A stretch of DNA of 64,000 bases from Eledone cirrhosa (taxonomy: Eukaryota). The stretch covers positions 55,924,001-55,988,000 of the forward strand of contig OZ024746.1 of assembly GCA_964016885.1 (NCBI GenBank). Reading direction: 5' to 3'. Both the position numbers and the translations under genes were made by a program. Below are positions 42,715 to 62,538 of the stretch, piece by piece; position 1 is the first letter of the stretch; every line of letters begins with the position of its first letter. The notes under the pieces are model-generated. The model was not told where the DNA came from. It made no database searches and was given only the letters and a program-made list of their open reading frames with translations.

Positions 42715-43001
42715 AAATAAAATACTTGAAATCCTCGACTTGCTTGATATCACTGCCGTTGATTGTTTTGATGTTGTTGCCTGTAAAGGTTGATATAGAG
42801 ACTGTGTCCCCATTAGTGCTCTTGAAACCACAAGCAGTCACTAATAACAGGGGGCGCAAGCTCTCCTATCCCGATGTCATCTCCAGAGATTCTGGTATTG
42901 AAATCCAGGATTTGGCAACGGCAATGAGCGACAGACTCATTTGGAGAACAATTGTTGAGTCGATTTCGGCTGAGGCCGCCGGATGATGATGATGATGATG
43001 A
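42715..43001. mobile_element. RTE-clade LINE 3' end with an inverted internal piece
   Basis: Plus ~42850-43001: RGRKLSYPDVISRD..MSDRLIWR, stop, (TGA)n tail; minus ~42715-42830: IKTINGSDIKQVEDFKY. Confidence 0.65.
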
Positions 43002-43175
43002 AAATAAAATAGAACATTAAATAAACTTGTATTTTTCGGCAAATACTCTTCGGTCAAATAGAAATTACACTCGGAAAACATTAAATATTTCTATGATGTA
43101 GCATATTTGAATGTCAGATAAGTTTGAACAATTATTGACCTTACAATAGTCATATGTATATATATATATAAAAAT

Positions 43176-43221
<46 letters not shown>

Positions 43222-43344
43222 TTGTGTGTACGTGTTTGGGTATGTTTGTGTGTGTCAGTATGCGTGTATACGGAGCATCGTTATCAAACTACGTATATAT
43301 GACCAGCAAAATATTGGGAATATGTTTATTAATATTATTTGGGA

Positions 43345-43670
43345 GTATAGGTAGATCCTCAGACACCATGCTTTTCAGCATAGAGTTGTGTCCCTTTACG
43401 TTCTGAGTTCAAATCGGCCGAAGTTAACTTTGCCTTTCATCCTTACGGGGTCGATGAAATAAAGCACCATTAATGCACTAGGTTATTAGCTGGCCTTGTA
43501 CCATAAGTAGAAACAAGGGCGGTGGACGTATAATATCAGTAGCGCGAAGGACAACATGCTTTGGTGTATGTAGTTACTTATATTTACATTCTGAGTTCAA
43601 ATCCCGTTGAGGTTAATTTTGCCATTCATCTAAGTCTCTTGGCTTTGTGCCTACGTCAGATACCATTATT
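43345..43670 (+). mobile_element. Two adjacent SINE family A copies
   Basis: Similarity to 2224-2418; second copy more decayed. Confidence 0.75.
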
Positions 43671-44512
43671 ATTTGTAATTAAATATTTTGAAGGTAATAT
43701 CTAATTCCACATATCTATCTATGAAGATATGTTCTGCTCTATTGATCTTCTTTATCCCGAAGGGAGGCTGAAATTCAATATTGATAATACAGTAAATATA
43801 TATAGTATCTTATTTAATTAATTACAACATAGCTATGATATTCCAGCCAATCGAGTCGTTATACCGCTAAACATATTCAGTGAAGGAATTCTCCGAAGAA
43901 GCTTACCTATTATCTCGCTATGCTGAAATGTAATAGCTATGTTGTAAGAAATTAAACAATTAAAGACACACAAAGACAAACGCATGACCACACACATACA
44001 CATATGTGTGTGTGTGTGTGTATATATACGCACATATAAATACACACTAGTCACACAACACTATACACACTAGTCACACATCACACATAACACTATACAC
44101 ACACGCAAACGCATGCGCAAAGAAGACAAAATAAAATAAGATAAACAAACAAGCAAATAAATAAATAAATATATAGACAGACTGAATAAAAAATGGCGTA
44201 GACATACAACACAACAGGAGGAACAATGAATATAACACCACTGACGATGTTGCAGATGTGCAACGAAAGATTTATGTAAATTATGTAAACTATATATATA
44301 TATATGTGTTTGTGTCTATATTGTATCTGTATTATTTTTGACCGCCGGTCAGTCAATGGCAACATTGAGGACCGAGTAAGTTAGATCGCAGATATAATAA
44401 AAGACAGCGAGAAGCGAAAACCAACCAAACAGTGAGTGTGTTCTGTTATTAATTCTGGCAATATTACGCAAATATGACCCTCCCCAAGTATAACAATATA
44501 TATATATATATA

Positions 44513-44991
44513 TATCATAAAACATGTCTATAGAATCACCAGATAAAATATATAACTTTTCCTCTCCCAATTAGCATAATTAACCATATAAAAAATCGAT
44601 TAGACCAAGCTATAAGAATAAAGGCTTATATGAAGAAATCTCCGACAAATAACCGAAAGCAGCCCTTCGCGTCGGTTGCGACGTAAATATGTTCACTTTA
44701 CTTTTTTTTTTAGTAAATATGTTCACTTTTCTCCTAGTTTATTTTACACCTAATTCTGTTTAGTTGGCTGTATATCTGAGCGATTTATACACGCTGTCGA
44801 AATACTCGATAAATACTCCGTCGCAACCGACGCGAAGGACTGCTTTCGGTTATGTGTGCGAGATTTCTTCAAAGAAACCTTTATTCTTATAGCTTGGTCT
44901 AATCGATTTTTTATATGGTTAATTATGCATATTGGGAGAGGAAATGTTATATATTTTATCTGGTGATTCTATAGACATGTTTTATAATATA
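44513..44991. repeat. Fold-back element with ~170-bp arms
   Basis: 44513-44683 is the reverse complement of 44819-44991; abuts (TA)n. Confidence 0.85.
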
Positions 44992-45060
44992 TAGCTCTGA
45001 TTATTTAATTTATTAACTCTTCATTGAGCCACAAAGTCACCCGTTGCAAAACACACACAT

Positions 45061-45153
<93 letters not shown>

Positions 45154-45479
45154 ATATATGGGACATGATTAATTATAATGTAATTCCCATTCTAATTATC
45201 ATCATAGCATTCGTTTTTCCGTCATTCTAGCAGCTACAATAATCAATGTAACTAATTCAAATCATCTCTGTTATTATTTTCCTACATATAAGGGGTGTAG
45301 CAGGGGAGATAATTGACGTTTAAAGGAAATCATTTTAATCTCGCAAGGGAATTCAATTATTTTCATATACAAGTCATGCAATCATAATCCCATTGCGTTT
45401 TTGACGTATAACAATTCTTAATTTAATAATTCCATATAACATAAATATGTGTAATATTTGTATATAAATAAATAAATAA

Positions 45480-48420
<2,941 letters not shown>

Positions 48421-48602
48421 CACAGATGTGTCCACAGTAAGTTGTGGGGTCTATTCTGCATGAAGAACTCGATGTAATCCATATGTTGAAAATGTTGTAG
48501 GTTAAGATAAATCTCGGAAAACAATAAATCATTAAAAGGAAAACAGTCATGATATAAGTTAAAAGAATGAAATAAAACATTAAGTCATTAGAGATATACT
48601 TC

Positions 48603-48742
48603 ACTGCTTTACGGTCGTTTCTAGATGATGATAATACATTGTAGCTATACTCAGTAATTGATCTATGCAAAGTTAGTTACAAACTACCAGATAAAGAGAA
48701 TATTTACTTACATGCATATCACCAGCTGTTTTCAAAAGCAAT
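48603..48742 (-). ncRNA. Variant hammerhead (U3-A8 core, long loop II), left arm
   Basis: attgctt-TTGAAAA-c ag c tggtgata..tatcatca t ct a-GAAA-cgaccg-TA-aagcagt. Confidence 0.6.
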
Positions 48743-49522
48743 AATAATTTTATTCAATAATAATTTTATTCAGAATTAGTAGTGTTAGTATCATGTCCTT
48801 ATTTGGCGGATTGAAGAACTAACGAATCAAATTGTTTTTTTCATATGGTGTTAAGATGAAAAGTAATATACTTTAGTTGAGGTCATGACCCTTTGAAAGG
48901 AATGGTTGAAGAGTGTTAATAGTAGAATTGGCATAACATCTATTAGGAGGAAAGGGATTGTCAAACTGATAGTTGAATGTATCTGGTATAGTGAATTTAA
49001 AAGGAATGTCAAAATAAATGGTGATTAGTGTTGTATTGAGTTTTAAGGTGAATATAAATTAAGGTTATGGCTAGGAAATCTAGTATATTAAAAGATGAAA
49101 ATTATAATAAGATAATGAACTACAGTAACGCGATAATATACAACTTAACCAACACAATATAGTACTGTGTGGTAAAATGCATTTATTATAATATAGCATA
49201 TGATACGCTCCAAAGTACTATCAAGTATGTTTATGCATATATAATCAAACTCAGATAAATACATGTTGGCATAGTTAAAACACATAACTTTCATCGATAC
49301 AAAGTGCCTATATCCACACTGTATATAGAGAGAGGTACAGTTAAATTGATATCCAACCAAAAATACACACACGCACAAATATATGCAAATCTAAATACAC
49401 ATTTACACGCATGAATACAATCACATACATATCCATACATATCTATATCCACACTTACACATCTATACCCACATATATACATATATATATATACACACAC
49501 TCATACATACATACACACACAC

Positions 49523-49566
<44 letters not shown>

Positions 49567-49710
49567 TACATATACATATATATATACAGACAAACACACA
49601 TACACACATGTATAGACATGTGTGAGTATATGTAAAGTCCTCATACATGTGCACATACTCATATATTAACACTCATACACCTATACACACAAACACACAT
49701 ATATATATAG

Positions 49711-49759
<49 letters not shown>

Positions 49760-49826
49760 CATACACATACACACATACATATACAAGTATATATATATAC
49801 ACATATACACATACATAAATACATAT

Positions 49827-49901
<75 letters not shown>

Positions 49902-51888
49902 CACATAAATATATTTCAATATCATACATAGATATATATTTACTCATGCAATTACGGGTGGTTCTGTATCTTGTTGTCTTTAGTCATTAACGCATAAATC
50001 TAAGGAAGCTAAAACATTAAAAGGCAAAAAATAAGCATGAATGCATATAATTAGGGGAAAGAGTTACTAATAAATGTTACTCTATATGGAATTATACTGA
50101 GTTGCTATTTAGAATATTTAATATAGGTATATAGTATTTAATTAGGTTTATAGTATTTAAATGTTTTTCGTATACGGTGATTACAAACTATGATCCTGAC
50201 TTTTATTTAATAAATCGTCCTTAGATTTAGTAATTTCCAAGATCTCCCCTGAACATAATCTTCATTCCCCCCTGTTCCAAAGGTATGGAGTTCTTTGTAG
50301 TATGGTGTTCCACGATAACTTGAAATCTATTTTTTTCTTTTTATAATTATTTACTGCTTCAGCTAAAGACGTGGTGTTAGCTAGATTAGTATTATTGAAA
50401 CTACTAGAGTGTGCGTAAATTATTTTCTTAAATCTATTTGATGTAGATCCTATATATGTTTTGTTGGAGTCTGTAGTAGACGCAGTGCATTTGTATATTA
50501 CATTATTAATCAAACAGTTTCCATTTAAGGGGCAAATGCTTCTATTTCTGCAATTACAGCCATACGTATGATGGTTATTGGGGGTGCCTATACTATTCTC
50601 ATTAATCCTTAAGCTGTTTCAATTGTAATTAATGATAGCAGGAGAATAAAGGTTGCTTTGTAGGTGGTTTGGTGCTAGGGTTGTATTGTGATTTTGTGTT
50701 CTGTTGTATTTGTGTTGGCGATTTGGGTGGTTGTGTTTTCTAGGTTGAAGGATTGGATTATTTGCCTTTTTAAGAGGTGCAGTCCTATTTAAATTATGTT
50801 GCGGTGGTGTAGTCATAATATTTTAAAGTTTATAAATGTTGTTGTTGCTTATTTTTTGTTTGAGATTGCTTGCTGTAGAGTATGAGAATTTAACAGTATA
50901 TTTGTTAAATATTTGGTGGTATCTGTGGTTTGTGGAAAATGTTTATGTAGAATTTCAAAGAATCTTTTGTGGATTTGTCCAATAGTTTGTAGGTTGAAGG
51001 GTGCGTTGTACCATGTTATGTTTCTTTTGCGGTTTTTAGTTAAGTTCTTATGCTATCATTAATTACAATAGAAACAACTCAAAAATTAATGAGAATAGTA
51101 TAGGCACCCCCAATAACCATGTTACGTATCGCTGTAATTGCAGAAATAGAAGTATTTGCCCCTTAAATGGAAACTGTTTCATTAATAATGTAATATATAA
51201 ATGCATTGTGTCTACTACAGACTCCAACAAAACATATATAGGATCTACATGAAACATATTTAAGAAAAGATTTTACGCACACTCTAGTAGTTTCAACAAT
51301 ACTAAACTAGCTAACACCACATCTTTAGCTGAAGCGGTAAATAATTTTAAAAAGAAAAAAAATAGATTTTAATTTATCGTGGAACACCATTCTACAAAGA
51401 ACTCCATATCTTTGGAACAGGAGGGAATGTAGATTATGTTCAGGGGAGATCTTGGAAATTACTAAATTTAAGGACGATTTATTAAATAAAAGACATGATT
51501 TGATCATAGTTTGTAATCACTGTATACGAAAAACATATAAATACTATAAACCTAATTAAATACTATAAACCTAATTAAATATTCTAAATAGTAACTCCCT
51601 ATAATTCCATATAGAGTAACATTTATTAGTAACTCTTTCCCCTAATTATATGCATTCATGCTTTTTTTTGCCTTTTAATGTGTTAGCTTCTTTAGATTTA
51701 TCCGTTAATGACTAAAGGCAACAATATACACAACCACCCGTAATTGCATGAGTAAATATATATCTATGTATGATATGGAAATATATTTATATGTATATGT
51801 ATATATATATATGTGTGTGTATGTGTATGTATGTATGTGTATATGTGTGTATATATATGCATGTATATGCATGTGTGTATGTGTATGC

Positions 51889-51950
<62 letters not shown>

Positions 51951-51955
<5 letters not shown>

Positions 51956-52344
51956 TAAACGGAATAGAACATGCTGACAAATTGTTCACAGTTGAAAAAT
52001 GGTTTAATTAGGAATAAAAGAGTATTAGTGATTGTATGGGTTAGTATTCAGTTGTGGTTTTAAGTTTTTAAGTTTTTACCGGTTGCGCATTTCTAAATGC
52101 TTTTCAAAAATAATTTTGAGATAGAGTGTCCGTGCTGTTTGCTCTGATGAGAGCAAACAGCACGGACACTCTATCTCAAAATTGTTTTTGAAAAGCATTT
52201 AGAAATGCGCAACCGGTAAAAACTTAAAAACTTAAAACCACAACTGAATACTAACCCATACAATCACTAATACTCTTTTATTCCTAATTAAACCATTTTT
52301 CAACTGTGAACAATTTGTCAGCATGTTCTATTCCGTTTACCAAT
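51951..52344. repeat. Near-perfect 394-bp palindrome inserted in (TA)n
   Basis: ~195-bp arms with one visible mismatch; 4-nt loop GATG at 52146-52149. Confidence 0.95.
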
Positions 52345-52563
52345 ATATAATAACTTGTGTGTTACACCTCTATTCTTTTAACTATATATATATATATATA
52401 CTTATATATGTATATGCATATGTATATATATATATATGTGTGTTTGTGTGTGTGTATATGTGAGTATAGGTGTATGAGTGTTTATATATGTGTATGAGGA
52501 GTGTACATATACTCACACATGTGTATATATGAGTGTATGTGTGTGTGTGTATATATATATGTG

Positions 52564-52608
<45 letters not shown>

Positions 52609-52667
52609 ATATATATGTGTGTGTGTATATATATATAAATGTGTGTAAGTAGGTATGAGTGTGGGCG

Positions 52668-52706
<39 letters not shown>

Positions 52707-53436
52707 ATATATGTGCGTATAGATGTGTATGTGTGGATATGGATATGTATGGATATGTATGTATGTGACTGTATTCATGTGTGTAAATGAGTATTAAGAT
52801 TTGCAGCTATTTGTGCGTATGTGTATTTTTGGTTGGATATCAATTTAACTGTACCTCTCTCTATATACAGTGTGGATACATGCACTTTTTAATGTATGAA
52901 AGTTATGTGTTTTAACTATGCCAACATGTATTTATCTCAGTTTGATTATTTATGCATAAACATACTTGATAGTATGTTGGATCGTATCACATGCTAAATT
53001 ATAATAAATGCATTTTACCACACAGTACTATATTGTGTTGGTTAAGTTGTATATTATCGCATTACTGTATTTCATTAACTTATTATAATTTTCATCTTTT
53101 AATATACTAGATTTCCTAGCCATAACCTTAATTTATATTCACCTTAAAACTCAATACAACACTAATCATCATTTATTTTGACATTCCTTTTAAATTCACT
53201 ATACCAGATACATTCAACTATCAGTTTGACAATCCCTTTCCTCCTAATAGATGTTATGCCAATTCTACTAATAACACCCTTCAACCATTCCTTTCAAAGA
53301 GTCATGACCTCAACTAAAGTATATTACCTTTTATCTTAACAGCATATGAAAAAAACAATTTGTTTCGTTAGTTCTTCAAATTTCCTCCAAATAAGGACAT
53401 GATACTAACATACTACTAATTCTGAATAAAATTATT

Positions 53437-53575
53437 ATTGCTTTTGAAAACAGCTGGTGATATGCATATAAGTAAATATTCTCTTTATCTGATAGTTTGT
53501 AACTAACCTTACATAGATCAATAACTGTGTATAGCTACAATGTTTTATCAGCATTTGAAACGATCGTAAAGCAGT
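53437..53575 (+). ncRNA. Variant hammerhead (U3-A8 core, long loop II), right arm
   Basis: attgctt-TTGAAAA-...-GAAA-cgatcg-TA-aagcagt; 7-bp helix I; palindromic helix III. Confidence 0.6.
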
Positions 53576-53691
53576 GAAGTATATATCTTAAATTTTTTTT
53601 TGTTATTTCATTGATTCAACTTATATATATATATATATATATATGGGTGTGTGTGTGTGTATAGATGTATGTATATGTATATATATATATT

Positions 53692-53722
<31 letters not shown>

Positions 53723-53723
53723 G

Positions 53724-53803
<80 letters not shown>

Positions 53804-53816
53804 TATATGTATATAA

Positions 53817-53998
<182 letters not shown>

Positions 53999-53999
53999 G

Positions 54000-54100
<101 letters not shown>

Positions 54101-54121
54101 GTGTATATGTATATATATATA

Positions 54122-54164
<43 letters not shown>

Positions 54165-54230
54165 GTATGTATATATATGTATATGTATATATGTATGTAT
54201 ATGTACACATATATTTATATATATATGTAT

Positions 54231-54415
54231 CTAAGGCGGGTAAAATTCCCGAGATCCATGGACGAGTTCTCTCCAGCGGTCTCTGTCCCTCATTATCGCT
54301 GACATGTCCTGCGTCTCCAACAGACCAGTGTCTGTCCTTAGGGCATCAACATACGTTAACCTAGGTCTTCCACTTCTAGTGTGTCCATGTAGGGGCTCCC
54401 AAAGGAGCACTGAAT
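54231..54415 (-). mobile_element. 3' end of RTE-clade LINE (same family as 7565-8010)
   Basis: [37 protein letters not shown]. Confidence 0.88.
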
Positions 54416-54443
54416 GTCTATATATATATGTATATATATATGC

Positions 54444-54474
<31 letters not shown>

Positions 54475-54475
54475 C

Positions 54476-54541
<66 letters not shown>

Positions 54542-54648
54542 CTATATATGTGTATATATATATGTATATATATATATATATGCATATATATATATGTATA
54601 TATATATACAAATGTATATATATATATGTATATATATATATATACATG

Positions 54649-54680
<32 letters not shown>

Positions 54681-54838
54681 TGTATATTTATATGTATATA
54701 TATATATATATACATGTATATATATATATATGTATATAGATATATATGTATATATATATCTATATTTATATATATATGTATATAGATATATATGTATATA
54801 TATATCTATATTTATATATATATATATATATCTATATG

Positions 54839-54871
<33 letters not shown>

Positions 54872-54874
54872 GTA

Positions 54875-54921
<47 letters not shown>

Positions 54922-55112
54922 ATATATATATATATATACATGTATACATGTATATATCTATATATGTATATATATATACATGTATACATGTATATATCTA
55001 TATATGTATATATATAGATATATATATACGTGTATATCTATATATATTTATACATATCTATATATGTATATATATAGATATATAAACATGCATATATATA
55101 TATATATATATA

Positions 55113-55417
55113 TGAGAGTATTGAAGTTTGCTTGAAGCATTGTGGAACAATAAGTAAATATCTTTAAGTCGTTTGGAAGCCTCGACAATGCAAATGGGTA
55201 AATCTCCGGGAAACAAGGTCCCGTGGTGGAGAGAGAGATGTAAGTGGGTGTACGTTGAGATGCGTGGTGTTTATAAGATGTGTGCGATGTGTAGAATGAA
55301 GGGAAGAGTATAAAGGAGAAAAATAAAAATAACAACACAAGAGAGAGTTACCTTGGGAGAGATTTAATAGTCCCTATATATTTCGGATTCACATCCATCA
55401 ACTGGGGCGGCACCCTA

Positions 55418-55420
<3 letters not shown>
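55113..55420 (-). mobile_element. Solo pLTR related to the 33080-36205 element, with variant HHR at 55371-55407
   Basis: ccc-CAGTTGA-t ggat gtga atcc-GAAA-tata-TA-ggg followed by attaaatctc..ggtaac as at ~33230; shares gtttgcttgaagcattgtg with 36170-36195. Confidence 0.65.
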
Positions 55421-55474
<54 letters not shown>

Positions 55475-55477
55475 CAT

Positions 55478-55525
<48 letters not shown>

Positions 55526-55595
55526 ACATGTATATATATATATTTATATATATATATCTATATATATATATATATATAAATATACATGTATATAA

Positions 55596-55662
<67 letters not shown>

Positions 55663-55706
55663 CATGTATATAAGTATATATATATATATATATATATATA
55701 AACATG

Positions 55707-55749
<43 letters not shown>

Positions 55750-55905
55750 ATATATATACATGTATATATATAGATATATATACATGTATATAGGTATATG
55801 TATATATATATATAAAAATGTATATATATATATATACATGTATATATAGATATGTATATAAGTATATATATATGTATATATATATATACATATACATGTA
55901 TACAA

Positions 55906-55938
<33 letters not shown>

Positions 55939-55941
55939 AAC

Positions 55942-55985
<44 letters not shown>

Positions 55986-56117
55986 GTATATATATGTACA
56001 TGTATATATATAGATATATATATATACATGTATACATGTATATAGGTATATGTATATATATATAAACATGTATATATATATATATACATGTATATATATA
56101 TATACATGTATATATAG

Positions 56118-56166
<49 letters not shown>

Positions 56167-56264
56167 CATACACATATATACATGTATATATATGTATATC
56201 TATATATGTATAAATATATATATATATATATACATGTATATATGTATATATATATATACATGTA

Positions 56265-56353
<89 letters not shown>

Positions 56354-56396
56354 CTATATATGTATAAATATATATATATATATATATATAGATGTA

Positions 56397-56429
<33 letters not shown>

Positions 56430-56430
56430 T

Positions 56431-56484
<54 letters not shown>

Positions 56485-56501
56485 AATATATATATATGTA
56501 A

Positions 56502-56539
<38 letters not shown>

Positions 56540-56554
56540 GTACATGTATTTTTG

Positions 56555-56585
<31 letters not shown>

Positions 56586-56600
56586 GTATATATATATTTG

Positions 56601-56695
<95 letters not shown>

Positions 56696-56825
56696 GTTTA
56701 TATGTATATATATATATATGTATATAAATATAAGTATATATATATATATATATACATATATGTATATATATATAAATGTATATATACATATATGTATATA
56801 TATATAAATGTATATATATATATAT

Positions 56826-57319
56826 ATTTCGTTTCTGAATTTGTTTAGCAAGAGTCTTTACCTGAAAACGTGTGTTTCAAACTGATATTGTTATACCTTG
56901 GGAGGGTCATGTTGCTAATAAGAAGAACACGCACCAGTTGCTTTCACTTCAATTTATTATAATAAATTTATAAATTTAGAAATTTATAAATTTCCGGTTG
57001 GTTGGTTGGTTCCAAAACGAGATGGTTGTTTATATATTGTCAAAGTTATTTCGTCACACATTGTGTGACATCTTCAGTGACTGGGAACAAATGAGAGGCA
57101 CAAAAACAAAGAAAAGAATCCCTAGTCAATGAAGAGGTCACAGAATGTGTGACGAAAGAACTTTGAAAATATATAAACTACCATCCGGTTGTGCAACCAA
57201 ACAACCAACCGTAAATTCATAAATTCCTAAATTTATAAATTTATTATAATAAATTGAAGTGAAACATCTGGTGCGTGTGTTTCTTATTGGCAACATGACC
57301 CCCACAACGTATAACAATA

Positions 57320-57320
<1 letters not shown>
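56826..57320. mobile_element. Asymmetric fold-back pLTR pair with divergent HHRs
   Basis: Minus 57039-57081 gtca-CTGAAGA-t gtcaca..tgtgac-GAAA-taac-TT-tgac; plus copy 57125-57166 decayed; left arm ~60 bp longer. Confidence 0.8.
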
Positions 57321-60695
<3,375 letters not shown>

Positions 60696-60814
60696 ATGGA
60701 ATAGAATGAAACGAAATTTCATTTCTCACTCTTAGTACGGCACTTAAATGTAAGTATTATGTATGTATACTTAAATGTAAATATGTATGTATACTTAAAA
60801 TTATAGTTTGGTAC

Positions 60815-62507
60815 TTCTGAAATGATTGGCTGGTTCAATAAATTGAATAAGAAAAATGAACAAAAATTTATTCAATTTGATATTGCCAGCTACTATTCTT
60901 CTATTTCGCCCTCACTTCACAACAACTTTCGCTTACAAATATTCAGACATCACCAGAGATGAACTTCACATCATTCCCACCGCACGTAAAACCATCCTGG
61001 AGTTCAACAATGAATATTGGACCAGAGCTGTTACCTTAACAACTTTGACATCACAATGGGAGCATTCGATTCATCCCAATTGACAGATTTAATTGGTATC
61101 TTTATTTTGAACTCTTTGAATCGGAAAATTGCTCAACTTCGCGGTGGAATTTCTCGTGACGATGGACTCTTGACTATCTTAAATTGCAACATAGTTAACC
61201 TTAATATTATTAAGAACAATATACGTAATCTCTTTAACCAACATAACTTAAACATTGAATTTGATAACAGCATCACACTAGCTAATTTCTTGGATGTATC
61301 TCTTATTCTTGACACTGGCCTATATTACCCTTACCATAAAAACAATGAGAACCTAAATTACGTTAATTTTAAATCTAATTTAAATCTAATAGTTAGTAAT
61401 ATTGGAAAAAGAATGTCTAATCTATCTTGTAATAAAAACATCTTTGATGCTAACGCCAATTACTATAATAACGCGCTTTCTAAAGCCGGTTATCCTGATA
61501 AAATCACATATAGTAAAGAAACAAATTCTAGAAGATCTTACAGTAGAATAAGTAATCATGATCATTCCAATAACTTTAATAAAAAACCTAGATACAAAAA
61601 CATAATCTGGTATAATGCTCCTTTCTCCATCTCTATTAATAATAATATTCCTAAATTATTCTTTAGTACCTTAAATAGATGCTTCCCTCACATATCTATA
61701 GTAAAATATTTAACAAACACACTATACAATTCTCCTATTCGACCTCCTCCAACATCTCCAACATTATCTCTAAACACAACAATAAAATACTAAATACTAA
61801 ATCTCTTCCTTCCAACACTGAATATCATAGTAATAGTACTCCCGACGACATTGTTAACTCTAGGCTAGTTTCTGCAAACCCAAATACAACGTCAAACGCA
61901 ACTTCGCTAAATGTTCTTAATCCCATTCTAAATCAAGAAACTATTATTCCTATCGTAAATAACTTCTCCCATCCAATCTCTTCTATAGATAACACTGGGT
62001 CACTTGTTAATAACTCTGTTAATCTCTCTAATCGCACTTGCAATTGCCCTGTTAAAAATAAATGTCATCTCAACAACCATTGTGTTGAAAAAAATTTAAT
62101 CTACGCATGTAAAGTTATATCTGACACCAATTCCTTTACCTATTTTGGCTCCACTTCCACTTCTTTAAAGCTCGTATTTATAATCATCATTCGTCTTTTA
62201 AATACGAACTTAAAAGAACCAACACGGCACTCTCAGAATTCATATGGTCCTTGAAAGACAAAAATATTAACTATAACATCTCTTGGAAAAAGGTTTCTTC
62301 TTCTTCATCATACTTGAACAGTTCTCTATCCAAGACATGTAATCTCTGTTTATGTGAAAAATTTACCATTATATCTAATTTAGATTCTATAATAAATAGA
62401 CGCACTGACTTGTTTTCTCTCTGCTTGCATAAATTCCACAGAACATTCCATAAAGTATACAGTTAATATCTAATACTTTACCAATTTAAAATCCTTTTCT
62501 CAAAGGC

Positions 62508-62538
<31 letters not shown>

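Larger units (their letters stand above)
48430..53585. mobile_element. Hydra-like PLE 3' half with a large inverted duplicate
   Basis: Minus 51050->50150 encodes ITWYNAPF..GCNCRNRSICPLNGNC..VIYKC..TYIGSTS; 48595-50640 is mirrored by 51051-53585. Confidence 0.88.

Noticed and set aside
50262-50264. In-frame TGA at the first Cys of the endonuclease CxxC (GE*RLC), reminiscent of selenocysteine-encoding Naiad PLEs
   Set aside because: The mirrored arm has TGT at 51428-51430, the copy is otherwise decayed, domain order is RT-EN rather than Naiad EN-RT, and no SECIS was recognised; a point mutation is the simpler explanation.
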